From NCBI GenBank assembly GCA_020637815.1, contig JACKJS010000001.1:1217416-1281415 (forward strand): DNA of 64,000 nucleotides, written 5' to 3'. The notes under the pieces were generated by a model that was not told the origin of the DNA, ran no database searches, and saw only the letters and a program-made list of their open reading frames with translations. Positions 1-9,214 of this stretch are shown piece by piece. A program made the position numbers and the translations under genes. Origin of the DNA: Hyphomicrobiaceae bacterium. GTDB lineage: Bacteria; Pseudomonadota; Alphaproteobacteria; Rhizobiales; Methyloligellaceae. Position 1 is the stretch's first letter, and each line of letters starts with the position of its first letter.

Positions 1-65
1 CTCGTTTGACTTCGGCGCGCGGTTCCGATCAGTGTCGCGCCACAACGCACAACGACGAGAGACCC

Positions 66-680
66 GTGAACGCCAAAGCGAAGACTGAAGCCCCGCGCGC
101 CTGGCAGCGCATGTTGAGCGGACGGCGGCTCGACCTTCTCGATCCCTCGCCGCTCGATATCGAGATCGAAGATATCGCTCATGGGCTGGCGCGCGTCGCA
201 CGCTGGAACGGTCAAACCCGCGGCGATCATACCTTCTCGGTGGCCGAACACAGCCTCTTGGTCGAGGCGATCACGCGCGATCTCGCGCCCAATGCGCCGG
301 CGGAACATCAGCTTGCCGCCCTTCTCCACGACGCCCCCGAATATGTCATCGGGGACCTGATCAGTCCCTTCAAGGCCGCCCTGGCGTTCGACTACCGCAC
401 ATTCGAAGCGCGGCTTCTGTCCGCGATCCATCTCCGCTTCGGGCTGCCGACCGAGCTACCGGAGGAGACGGCCAAACTGATCAAGCGCGCCGACAAGATC
501 GCAGCCTATTACGAGGCGGTGGGCCTCGCCGGTTTTTCCCAAAGCGAAGCGCGGCGTTTCTTCGGCCAGCCGAAGGGGCTTAGCCCCGCTCTCGTCACAA
601 CTCTGACCGCGTTGCGCCCCCTTCCCGCGTCAGAAGGCGAGGATCGGTTCTTGAAACGGTTTCATGAGCTTGCCAGATGA
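66..680 (+). CDS. HD-domain hydrolase (YfbR/YfdR-like 5'-deoxynucleotidase family)
   Basis: Motifs EDIAHGLAR..RWNGQ..SVAEHS..LLHDAPE..D; GTG at 66 chosen over TTG at 6. Confidence 0.85.
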   Translation: MNAKAKTEAPRAWQRMLSGRRLDLLDPSPLDIEIEDIAHGLARVARWNGQTRGDHTFSVAEHSLLVEAITRDLAPNAPAEHQLAALLHDAPEYVIGDLISPFKAALAFDYRTFEARLLSAIHLRFGLPTELPEETAKLIKRADKIAAYYEAVGLAGFSQSEARRFFGQPKGLSPALVTTLTALRPLPASEGEDRFLKRFHELAR

Positions 681-771
681 ATAGCGTACATATCGCTGTC
701 GAATCGCTAAACTAGAGGGACCCATGGATACGCTGACGTTCGATAGAGACGGTTGCGCCGACCTGGAGACG

Positions 772-1299
772 ATGTCTCCGGAGACCATTCTCGTCTCCCC
801 GCTGAGCCTCGTCCAAACGACGGTGACCACGGCGCGAGTCAGCCATTTGGTGACACTGATCAACGGGGAAACTCTCATCGACACGCCGGTAAGCATCGGG
901 CAGGACCGGCATTTGCGGCTCGCCATGAACGATATCAGCGAGCCGCGGGACGGCCTCGTCGTACCGACCGAAGGCCATGTCGCGAAGCTCATCGAGTTTG
1001 CAACGGCGTGGGACCAGCAGGCCCCGCTCCTCATTCATTGCTGGGCCGGGATCAGCCGCTCGACCGCAGGCGCCTTTGTCGCGCTTTGCGCCCTCAATCC
1101 GCGTGCCGACGAGCATTCCCTGGCGCGCGCCTTGCGCCGCGCCTCGCCCACCGCCTACCCCAACCGGCGGATCGTCGCCTTGGCCGACAACGTGCTCGGA
1201 CGTGGCGGCCGCATGAGCGCGGCCGTGGACCACATCGGGCGCGGCGTTCTCGCCGAGGAAGGAAAAGTCTTCTCACTTCCCGCGCGTCACGCGGCGTAG
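772..1299 (+). CDS. Predicted protein-tyrosine/dual-specificity phosphatase-like protein
   Basis: CX5R P-loop HCWAGISRS; GGAG RBS just before ATG 772 (alternative start 724). Confidence 0.85.
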   Translation: MSPETILVSPLSLVQTTVTTARVSHLVTLINGETLIDTPVSIGQDRHLRLAMNDISEPRDGLVVPTEGHVAKLIEFATAWDQQAPLLIHCWAGISRSTAGAFVALCALNPRADEHSLARALRRASPTAYPNRRIVALADNVLGRGGRMSAAVDHIGRGVLAEEGKVFSLPARHAA

Positions 1300-1302
1300 G
1301 CC

Positions 1303-2328
1303 ATGTCCAGCGGCCGGCCCAACGACGCGGCTGCCAGGGATCTTTCGGACGGCGACCCTTCCGTCAACAATCCACAAATAGAACTGGGCCTGAACGCGGC
1401 CATCGTGATGGTCCGCAATCAGCAGCCGCACATTCTCGTGGTGCGGCCCGGCATCGCCGGAAACGAGTCCGGGGACGCCTTGCCGTTTGGCCCGTTCGAG
1501 CCGCGTGAGCATCGCACACTCGAAATCGGCCTGCGAGAGTGGGTGGAACGGCAAACCGGCATCGAGCTCGGCTATGTGGAGCAACTCTACACGTTTGGCG
1601 ATCGCGGCCGGCATGCGGAGCCTGGCGGCGCCCATACGCTTTCGGTCGGCTATCTCGCGCTTACCCGTGGCGCCACGGGAGAGATGCGCGGCGCCCATTG
1701 GTCGCCCTGGTACACTTATTTCCCTTGGGAGGATTGGCGGAAGGGCAAACCGCAAATCCTGACCGAGGAAATCGAACCGCGACTGAAGGCCTGGGCCGAG
1801 CGGCCGCCTTCGCACAGCGAACCGATCCGCCCACTGCGCCGTCCCGAGCGCCTAAAGATCGGTTTCGGCATCGGCGGCGGCTGGGACGAAGAGAAGGTGC
1901 TCGAGCGCTACGAACTGCTTTACGAGGCCGGCCTCGTCGAAGAAGCGAAGCGCGACGGACGGTCGGCGGCGAACCGTTGGGACGAGCTACCCGAACTCGG
2001 TCGCCCCATGGCCCTCGACCATCGGCGCATTCTGGCCACGGCCATGGGCCGGGTTCGCGGCAAGCTGAAATACCGGCCGGTGGTGTTCGAGTTGCTGCCG
2101 CCGGAGTTCACGCTTTACGACCTGCAAAAAACCGTCGAGGCAATCTCCGGCACCTTGCTGCACAAGCAGAATTTCCGGCGGCTTGTGGAGAAAGGCGGTC
2201 TGGTCGAGCCGACGGGCAACGTCTCGACCGAAACAGGCGGGCGCCCTGCCCGGCTTTACCGCTTCCGCCGCGAAGTGGTTCTGGAGCGCCCCGCGCCGGG
2301 CCTGCGGGTCAGTGCAAGCCGCGGCTAA
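1303..2328 (+). CDS. nadQ: NadQ NAD-biosynthesis transcriptional regulator (Nudix-like domain + winged HTH)
   Basis: GYVEQLYTFGDRGR and FTLYDLQKTVEAISG..LHKQNFRRLV..TGGRPARLYRF motifs; matching operators upstream of nadA. Confidence 0.88.
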   Translation: MSSGRPNDAAARDLSDGDPSVNNPQIELGLNAAIVMVRNQQPHILVVRPGIAGNESGDALPFGPFEPREHRTLEIGLREWVERQTGIELGYVEQLYTFGDRGRHAEPGGAHTLSVGYLALTRGATGEMRGAHWSPWYTYFPWEDWRKGKPQILTEEIEPRLKAWAERPPSHSEPIRPLRRPERLKIGFGIGGGWDEEKVLERYELLYEAGLVEEAKRDGRSAANRWDELPELGRPMALDHRRILATAMGRVRGKLKYRPVVFELLPPEFTLYDLQKTVEAISGTLLHKQNFRRLVEKGGLVEPTGNVSTETGGRPARLYRFRREVVLERPAPGLRVSASRG

Positions 2329-2408
2329 CGGTTGCATCTTGAACGAGGGTCGCCGAGAAACGACATTGCAAACGGACCCTGCCGCCTAGCTTCGAGTTTC
2401 TGCCGCTC

Positions 2409-3608
2409 ATGACCTCGCCTTGCCCCTCCGGATTCCCGAGAATCGCTTCGTTCACGACTCGTGCCGCGCTTCTTGCCGTTTTGGCCTTGGGATTCGGGTC
2501 GGTCCTGGCGCTCCGGCCGGCATTCGCACTCGAAAAAACGGTCGATACCCAGAACGGTCCGCTCACGATCGAGACGGTTGCACAAGGCTTGAACCACCCG
2601 TGGGGCATGGTTTTCTTGCCCGACGGCCGGATGCTGGTGACCGAACGCGTGGGTACGCTTCGCATTGTCGGTGCGGACGGTTCGGTCTCCGAGCCCCTCT
2701 CGGGTGTGCCGGAGGTCGAGGCCAAAGGCCAAGGCGGCCTCCTCGACGTCGCGCTCGATCCCGACTTCCTCACCAACAAGCTTGTCTACCTGTCCTATGC
2801 GGAGCCCGGCGAAGGCGGCGCGGGCACAGCCGTGGCGCGCGGCAGACTGAACGGCGAGACGCTCAAGGACCTGAAGGTCATCTTCCGCCAGACTCCAAAG
2901 GTCGAAGGACCCAATCATTTCGGCGGCAGGCTGGCGTTCGCGCCGGACGGTACCCTCTTCATCACGCTCGGCGAACGATTCAAATTCGAGCCCGCGCAGG
3001 ACCTGACGAGCCATCTCGGGAAAGTCGTCCGCATCAATCCGGACGGATCGGTGCCGCAAGGCAACCCCTTTATCGGACAAAAGGACGCGCAGCCGGAGAT
3101 CTGGTCCTACGGCCACCGCAACGTGGAGGGCGCGGCCATCGACCCGCGAACCGGCAAGCTCTGGATCCTGGAGTTTGGCCCCAAAGGCGGCGACGAGCTC
3201 AACCGCCCCGCGCCCGGCGAAAATTACGGCTGGCCCCTCGTCAGTTGGGGCAAACATTATGACGGCAAGGACATTCCCAATCCGCCGACGCGCCCCGAAT
3301 TCGCGGACGCTGTCCGTCATTGGACGCCCGTCATCTCACCCTCGGGCGCGACGTTCTACACCGCCGAGCCCGTTCCGGGCTGGACGGCGGAAGCCATTCC
3401 GGCATGGCAAGGGGACTTGCTCGTCGGCGGTTTGTCGTCGCAAAGCATTATTCGTCTCAGCATCGACGGCGAGACGGTGACGGGAGAGGAACGCATCCCT
3501 CTCGGTGTCAGGATTCGCGACGTGATCCAGGGGCCGGACGCAGCCGTCTACGCGCTCACCGACGAAGACGACGGAAAGATCCTGCGCCTCACGGCAGAGT
3601 CCCAATGA
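2409..3608 (+). CDS. PQQ-dependent soluble sugar dehydrogenase (YliI/GSDH family), exported
   Basis: Signal peptide; GQGGLLDV, HFGGRL, WSYGHRNVEG and GPKGGDELN motifs. Confidence 0.9.
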   Translation: MTSPCPSGFPRIASFTTRAALLAVLALGFGSVLALRPAFALEKTVDTQNGPLTIETVAQGLNHPWGMVFLPDGRMLVTERVGTLRIVGADGSVSEPLSGVPEVEAKGQGGLLDVALDPDFLTNKLVYLSYAEPGEGGAGTAVARGRLNGETLKDLKVIFRQTPKVEGPNHFGGRLAFAPDGTLFITLGERFKFEPAQDLTSHLGKVVRINPDGSVPQGNPFIGQKDAQPEIWSYGHRNVEGAAIDPRTGKLWILEFGPKGGDELNRPAPGENYGWPLVSWGKHYDGKDIPNPPTRPEFADAVRHWTPVISPSGATFYTAEPVPGWTAEAIPAWQGDLLVGGLSSQSIIRLSIDGETVTGEERIPLGVRIRDVIQGPDAAVYALTDEDDGKILRLTAESQ

Positions 3609-4009
3609 TCCTCCCGCTCTCGCTCGGGTTCATGGGCCGCTTCGGGCGCTCTGCGCCGTTGCGGGCCTTCGACGCGGATTTGCGGGCCCTCGACCTGCAC
3701 CCCAATCTGGTGCCGGAGGCAGTCAAGCTCGCGGCGCTGCGAATCTTGATGGAGAAAACGGGCGGCAGAGAGCCCATCTCCGCCAGGCGCCGGGCAGCCG
3801 TCGAACTCCTCGCCTATTGCATGCTGGGCGCCGACCCGTTTGCGCGTGCCAACGGAATAGTGCTGACCGAAGATATCGAATCGCGCATCGATGCGGCCCT
3901 TGACGACGAAACCGGAAACGATGCCAAGCTCATCCTGTTGGCACTTCATGCAAATGTGATCCAGCCGAGCGTCGTCGAACGCTTTAGGTTGGAAGCCGAA
4001 TCCGGGTAA
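3605..4009 (+). CDS. Conserved hypothetical protein
   Basis: ATGA overlap with the upstream stop codon; protein-like sequence GRFGRSAPLRAFDADLRALDLHPNLVPEAVKL. Confidence 0.7.
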   Translation: MILPLSLGFMGRFGRSAPLRAFDADLRALDLHPNLVPEAVKLAALRILMEKTGGREPISARRRAAVELLAYCMLGADPFARANGIVLTEDIESRIDAALDDETGNDAKLILLALHANVIQPSVVERFRLEAESG

Positions 4010-4099
4010 ACCCACTCAAAGATCCGATTGCGACCCGTGCCGCACGGGACGTCCATGCGAGCGATCCTCGCCCAATCTAATGTCTGCTTGTCAGCGTCC

Positions 4100-5026
4100 A
4101 TGTCACAGATCATCTCCATAAAGGGCTTGTCGAAGACCTACAAATCGGGTTTCGAAGCGCTCAAGACCATCGACCTCGACATCGAGAAAGGCGAAATCTT
4201 CGCGCTTCTCGGACCGAACGGTGCGGGCAAGACCACGCTGATCAGCATCATTTGCGGGATCGTCACGCCGAGCTCCGGCTCGGTGACGGTCAGTGACTAC
4301 GATATCATTCGCGACTATCGCGCCACCCGATCCATGATCGGCCTCGTGCCGCAGGAACTAACCGCCGAAATGTTCGAGACGGTGTGGGCCACGGTCTCCC
4401 ACAGCCGCGGTCTATTCGGGAAATGGCCCGACCCCGCCTATGTCGAGAAGGTCCTCAAAGACCTCGCGCTTTGGAACAAGAAGGATTCGAAGTTGATTAC
4501 GCTTTCGGGCGGCATGAAACGGCGCGTCCTTATCGCCAAGGCTCTCGCGCACGAACCGTCGATTCTATTTCTTGACGAGCCAACCGCCGGCGTGGACGTG
4601 GAATTGCGAAACGACATGTGGGAGCTGGTGAGACGTCTGCGGGATTCAGGCGTCACCATCATTTTGACGACGCATTACATCCAGGAAGCCGAGGACATGG
4701 CCGATAGGATCGGCGTGATCAACAATGGCGAGCTGATCCTCGTCGAGGACAAGCACGAACTGATGCGCAAGCTCGGCAAGAAGCAGCTGACACTCCAACT
4801 TCACGATGCTCTCGACGCTATCCCGGCCTCACTCGCAAGCCATCACCTTGTGCTCGCGAAAGACGGTTCCGAGCTGATCTACACCTATGACAGCCAAGGC
4901 ACGCGCACGGGCATCACACATTTGCTGACGGACCTCGCCGACGCCGGCATCCGATTCAAGGACCTCGATACCTCTCAAAGCTCTCTCGAGGAGATATTCG
5001 TCGGCCTTGTGAGGCGCGACCGATGA
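4100..5026 (+). CDS. ABC-2 type transporter ATP-binding protein (YadG-like)
   Basis: Walker A GPNGAGKT, signature LSGGMKRR, Walker B LFLDEPT. Confidence 0.92.
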   Translation: MSQIISIKGLSKTYKSGFEALKTIDLDIEKGEIFALLGPNGAGKTTLISIICGIVTPSSGSVTVSDYDIIRDYRATRSMIGLVPQELTAEMFETVWATVSHSRGLFGKWPDPAYVEKVLKDLALWNKKDSKLITLSGGMKRRVLIAKALAHEPSILFLDEPTAGVDVELRNDMWELVRRLRDSGVTIILTTHYIQEAEDMADRIGVINNGELILVEDKHELMRKLGKKQLTLQLHDALDAIPASLASHHLVLAKDGSELIYTYDSQGTRTGITHLLTDLADAGIRFKDLDTSQSSLEEIFVGLVRRDR

Positions 5027-5784
5027 ACCTCCCTGGCATCCTTGCGATCTATCGGTACGAGATGGCGCGCTGGGTGCGCACGTTGCTGCAAAGCCTAGTG
5101 TCTCCCGTCATCGCCACCTCTTTGTATTTTGTCGTGTTCGGTGCCGCGATCGGTTCACGCATCAGTGAGATCGACGGCGTGCCCTATGGCGCCTTCATCG
5201 TGCCGGGCTTGATCATGCTGAACCTTCTGACCCAGAGCGTCGCCAACGCTTCGTTCGGCATTTACTTCCCGCGTTTTACCGGAACCATCTACGAGCAGCT
5301 CTCCGCGCCGCTTTCGCCTATCGAGATTGTCGCCGGATATGTGGGCGCCGCGGCAACGAAATCGATCGTTCTCGGGCTCATCATCCTCGCGACCGCGACA
5401 TTGTTCGTGCAAATCAGGATCGATCATCCCGTTTGGATGGCATTCTTTCTCGTACTCACCGCCATCACGTTCAGCCTGTTCGGCTTTGTCATCGGTCTTT
5501 GGGCTGAAGGGTTCGAACAGCTTCAGCTCGTGCCGCTCCTGGTCATCACGCCTCTGACCTTTCTCGGCGGGACGTTCTATTCGCTGAGTGTCCTGCCTCC
5601 GCTCTGGCAGACAGTGTCTTTACTCAATCCCGTCGTCTATCTGGTCAGCGCCTTCCGCTGGAGCTTCTACAGCACCGCCGATGTTAGCGTCGAAGTCAGC
5701 TTGGTCATGATCTTCGTGTTCCTCGCCCTGTGCCTCGGCGCGGTGTGGTGGGTCTTCAAGACCGGCTACCGACTCAAGAGCTAG
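5023..5784 (+). CDS. ABC-2 type transporter permease (YadH-like)
   Basis: About 6 TM segments; FIVPGLIM and TFLGGTFYS motifs; ATGA-coupled to the ATPase gene. Confidence 0.9.
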   Translation: MNLPGILAIYRYEMARWVRTLLQSLVSPVIATSLYFVVFGAAIGSRISEIDGVPYGAFIVPGLIMLNLLTQSVANASFGIYFPRFTGTIYEQLSAPLSPIEIVAGYVGAAATKSIVLGLIILATATLFVQIRIDHPVWMAFFLVLTAITFSLFGFVIGLWAEGFEQLQLVPLLVITPLTFLGGTFYSLSVLPPLWQTVSLLNPVVYLVSAFRWSFYSTADVSVEVSLVMIFVFLALCLGAVWWVFKTGYRLKS

Positions 5785-5902
5785 AAGTCGCGGCGGTGGC
5801 ACACGTTGTCGCCACGCGATTTCTGTGGAACGCGAGGACTGGAAGTGCGCCAGATCCTCGGAAGCGTAGGCGCCAAGGCCGCCGCGTGCTACTGAACGGC
5901 CT

Positions 5903-7267
5903 ATGGGGGATCTTCACAAAAAGACGGACTCGGGCGACGAACCGACGCTTCACCGCTCGGTTGGTCCTTTTCAGATGGCGCTTTACGGCCTGGGCAGCAT
6001 GCTGGGCGCCGGTATCTATGGCTTGATCGGCAAAGCCGCCGGCGAAGTCGGCAACGCGGTGTGGCTTGCCTTTCTCGTCGCGCTTGTCGCGGCACTGCTG
6101 ACGGCCTTGTCCTACGCATCGCTCGGCTCGCGCTATCCACGGGCCGCGGGCGCCGTCTACGTCGCCCATCGAGCCTATGGATTTCCGCTTCTGAGCTTCA
6201 TGGTGGGCCTTGCGCTGGTGTGTTCCGGTCTTACCTCGGTCGCCACGCAATCGCGCGTGTTCGGCGCGAATTTCATCGAGCTCTTCGGTCTCAACGGCAT
6301 GCCGATCGTGGCGATTGCGCTCTGCTACCTGTTCGCCATGACGGTGATCGTGTTTCGCGGCATTCAGGAAGCCATGTGGGTCAATGTTCTGTGCACCGTG
6401 GTCTCGATCGCTGGTCTCCTGCTCGTCGTCGCGGTGGGAGTCTCCTATTGGGGCTCCGTCGACTATCTCGAGACGCCACCCACGTCGGGCGGGGAACAGA
6501 CCTTCCTGATCGTCATTCAGGGCGCGGTGCTCGCCTTCTTCGCCTTTATCGGGTTCGAGGACATGTACAACGTCGCCGAAGAAGTGCGCGAGCCGGAGAG
6601 GACAATACCGCTCGGGCTGGTATCGGCGATGGTGATTGCGGCGGTCATCTATATCGCTGTCGCGATTACCGCTGTGTCGGTGGTTCCGTGGCAGGAATTG
6701 GCCGCCGCGCCCGGCCCCATCACCGAAGTGGTGGCGCGCGCCGCACCGATCGTCCCGCCAATTCTGTTCACGGCGATCACGATCTTTGCGGTCGCCAACA
6801 CCGGGCTCGTCAATTTCGTCACGGCCTCGCGGCTTCTATACGGCATGTCACGGCAGAATCTGCTGCCCAATCACCTCGGCCGGGTTCACCGCCATCGCCG
6901 GACACCGCATATCGCCATCCTCGTGCTGTTTCTCGTTCTCGTGCCGCTCGCCTTGATGGGCACGATTGCCGAACTGGCCGCCGCCACGGTTCTCTTGCTG
7001 TTGACCGTCTTCGCCGTGGTCAACGGTTCCCTGTTCATTTTGAAGGGCCGCAAGGGCGAACCGCCCGGCAGGTTCGAAATCCCCCGCATCATTCCGGCGC
7101 TTGGATTTCTCGTCTGCCTTGGATTGATCGCCGTGCGCGTCTCTACGGGCGACTGGCGCGCTCCGGCGATTGCGGGCGGGCTGCTGCTCGGCTGTTTCCT
7201 GATCTATTTGCTCATGCGAATGCTAGATCCGGAAGCGATGCGCGAAATCGGGCGTGAAGACGCTTAG
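5903..7267 (+). CDS. APC-family amino acid permease
   Basis: GSMLGAGIY, FFAFIGFE and AEEVREPERTIP motifs; about 12 TM segments. Confidence 0.9.
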   Translation: MGDLHKKTDSGDEPTLHRSVGPFQMALYGLGSMLGAGIYGLIGKAAGEVGNAVWLAFLVALVAALLTALSYASLGSRYPRAAGAVYVAHRAYGFPLLSFMVGLALVCSGLTSVATQSRVFGANFIELFGLNGMPIVAIALCYLFAMTVIVFRGIQEAMWVNVLCTVVSIAGLLLVVAVGVSYWGSVDYLETPPTSGGEQTFLIVIQGAVLAFFAFIGFEDMYNVAEEVREPERTIPLGLVSAMVIAAVIYIAVAITAVSVVPWQELAAAPGPITEVVARAAPIVPPILFTAITIFAVANTGLVNFVTASRLLYGMSRQNLLPNHLGRVHRHRRTPHIAILVLFLVLVPLALMGTIAELAAATVLLLLTVFAVVNGSLFILKGRKGEPPGRFEIPRIIPALGFLVCLGLIAVRVSTGDWRAPAIAGGLLLGCFLIYLLMRMLDPEAMREIGREDA

Positions 7268-7281
7268 CCTCGCGCGTTCCG

Positions 7282-8916
7282 TTAGCGCACCGTCGTTGCG
7301 AGGCTTCCGTTAATCGGCTTTCGCGCCGGGCGTGGCGTCTCGTTAGCCTGGGGCGGCGACGCCATGTCTTGCAATGAGTCTTGCAATGAGTCTTGCGATG
7401 GGTCTTGCGACGAGCCTTGCGATGCCGCGCCGTCGTCGTCCGCAACGGCAAGATTGTCGAGCTTGTAGACATCGCCGAAGGTCGTGACCTTGCCCGTCTC
7501 GTCCACGACCGCCGTGAAATAGGTCATATAGATGGGGATGGGTTTGGCGAGCTTGATGCGGCTCGTCTTGCCGCTTGCGATCTGCTGCTTCACTTTTTCG
7601 GCGCTCTCGCCGTTGCTCGCCACCAGGAGGTGCGCGGCGAGATCGGGGGCATTGTCGACACGCGGATCCTTCGGGCCTTGAGCCCGGTCATCGCGCGCGA
7701 ATGCGCCGCGCAGCGCCGTTCCGCTCATGAACACGTCTCTGCCGTTCGGATATAGGAATTGAACCTTACCCATGATGTTCGTGCGGCCAGGCTTCTGCAC
7801 GAAGGTCAAGGTGGACGCGTTGACCTTCCTCCAGTCGATCGTGCCGGGGTCCACCGTCCTGCCGCCGCGCTTCACGGTGATCCCGTATTTGTCGAGAATG
7901 CCGGTGTCCCCGCCGCCGAAGAATGAGCCGCGCCCCTGAAGCCTCGGCAGGATATCCTTTCGGATGACCGCAAAGGGCACGACACGCTCGGGGTTGACGA
8001 CGATTTCAGTCAGATCGGCCGAGAGCACCGGCGTCGGCGACGAAGCGCCCCCAACGACGACCTTCTCCGACAGAACCGTCTTCCCATCATCAACCGCATG
8101 CACCATGAACTCTGGAATATTGAGCCAGACATAGGTCAGTCCAAGCGACTCCGGCATCCGACGCCAACGATCCATGTTTCGGCGCAAGAGCAAATCCTCT
8201 TGTTCGGATTTCGCCGTCAGCAGCGCTTGGCGCAGCCGCGCGAACTGTTTGTGCTTGGGATGAAGGTCGAGCAGAACCGCATCGGGCGCTGCTGCTGTCG
8301 AAAGTTCCTTCAGAACGTCGTCGGGGGGACGCAATGCCGGCATCCGATCGCCGGCGTCGCCGCCGGTCCTGGTCTCGCTCAGCCCGCCACGAGCCGCACG
8401 TGCATATTTCAAGGCGGCGAGACTGATCGCGAGTTCGGTGGCCGCTTGATCCGCGGGCGTCTGCGGACGGTAGTCGTCCGGCGGCACATGGAACAAGGTC
8501 GGGTCGAGTCCCCAGTCATCGGCCCTCCGGATCGCACTCACGGTCGCCTTGCCACGATCCGAGAGCCCCGTCGTGGTCAGCCAGAGCGCTGGGCCGGTCC
8601 ACGCCTTGTAGAACGTCTCGACTGCAGCAAAATCGTCCGTGTTCCTCCCATTTCTCAAGCCGGGAACGGCAAGCCTCTCTTTGATTTCATCGGCAATCAA
8701 AAGGTCCTGCGCCACTTCGGTGGCGGCTTCCTCCTTCGCAGGAGACTGTGCTGCTTCCCCATCCTTCTGCTTGGACGGGTGATCGGGGATTTCGATGACG
8801 ATGCTCGACTCGGCTAGGGCCGGTCGCCACGAAGCGAAGGACATGAGGCCGAACGCGGCCGTGAGGGCGGAAACGCCCAGCACTTCAAGGATCGCGAATG
8901 AAGATCGTTCACGCAT
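7282..8916 (-). CDS. YcbB/LdtD-like L,D-transpeptidase homolog with degenerate active site (probable pseudoenzyme)
   Basis: Signal peptide, scaffold domain, NMDRWRRMP..LNIPEF..KVVVG..TP..VNP and IYMTYFTA..DVY motifs; catalytic His and Cys absent. Confidence 0.85.
   Translation of the reverse strand: MRERSSFAILEVLGVSALTAAFGLMSFASWRPALAESSIVIEIPDHPSKQKDGEAAQSPAKEEAATEVAQDLLIADEIKERLAVPGLRNGRNTDDFAAVETFYKAWTGPALWLTTTGLSDRGKATVSAIRRADDWGLDPTLFHVPPDDYRPQTPADQAATELAISLAALKYARAARGGLSETRTGGDAGDRMPALRPPDDVLKELSTAAAPDAVLLDLHPKHKQFARLRQALLTAKSEQEDLLLRRNMDRWRRMPESLGLTYVWLNIPEFMVHAVDDGKTVLSEKVVVGGASSPTPVLSADLTEIVVNPERVVPFAVIRKDILPRLQGRGSFFGGGDTGILDKYGITVKRGGRTVDPGTIDWRKVNASTLTFVQKPGRTNIMGKVQFLYPNGRDVFMSGTALRGAFARDDRAQGPKDPRVDNAPDLAAHLLVASNGESAEKVKQQIASGKTSRIKLAKPIPIYMTYFTAVVDETGKVTTFGDVYKLDNLAVADDDGAASQGSSQDPSQDSLQDSLQDMASPPQANETPRPARKPINGSLATTVR
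7366..7425. repeat. 12-bp tandem repeat x5 (GTCTTGCRAYGA-like) encoding SQGS/SQDP/SQDS/LQDS in the tail of the Ldt-like protein
   Basis: gtcttgcaatga gtcttgcaatga gtcttgcgatgg gtcttgcgacga gccttgcgatgc. Confidence 0.85.
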
Positions 8917-9071
8917 CCTACCAACCCCGCTTATGGGCGTAGGTTAGTCCGGGATGCCCCTTTATGCCAACCAGAACCGGCCTGGCGCTTCGGCCGGCCG
9001 TCGAGCGCCGCGTCCGGCTTCCCGATAACACGTTGACTTCGCCCATGGAATTTGTGCGGCGCAGCGACGAC

Positions 9072-9099
9072 TTGAAGTACAAGGACAAATCCCTATACT
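9072..9099 (+). promoter_or_regulatory. Putative sigma70 promoter of nadABC (-35 TTGAAG, 16-bp spacer, -10 TATACT)
   Basis: Sequence match; the -10 lies inside NadQ box 1. Confidence 0.6.
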
Positions 9100-9113
9100 C
9101 ATCTTGAGAATAG
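9093..9113. promoter_or_regulatory. NadQ operator 1 (CTATACTCA-tct-TGAGAATAG)
   Basis: Matches the NadQ consensus ttATRCTCa-N3-tGAGYATAa. Confidence 0.8.
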
Positions 9114-9174
9114 CAGCGCCTTTCCGCGCATTGAGAACCGCGCCGGCCTTGTGCCGGAACTTTTTACACCCTAT

Positions 9175-9195
9175 ATATACTCATATTGAGTATAT
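9175..9195. promoter_or_regulatory. NadQ operator 2 (perfect palindrome ATATACTCA-tat-TGAGTATAT)
   Basis: Perfect 9-3-9 inverted repeat just upstream of the nadA RBS GGAGG. Confidence 0.88.
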
Positions 9196-9214
9196 CTAAT
9201 GGAGGCACAAATAG

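Noticed and set aside
7366-7425. Repeat array considered as a CRISPR
   Set aside because: 12-bp units with no spacers, inside a CDS, and no cas genes
9052-9065. TTGTGCGGCGCAGC as a possible PhaR/AniA or RegR site
   Set aside because: Short GC-rich motif that is common by chance; no supporting context
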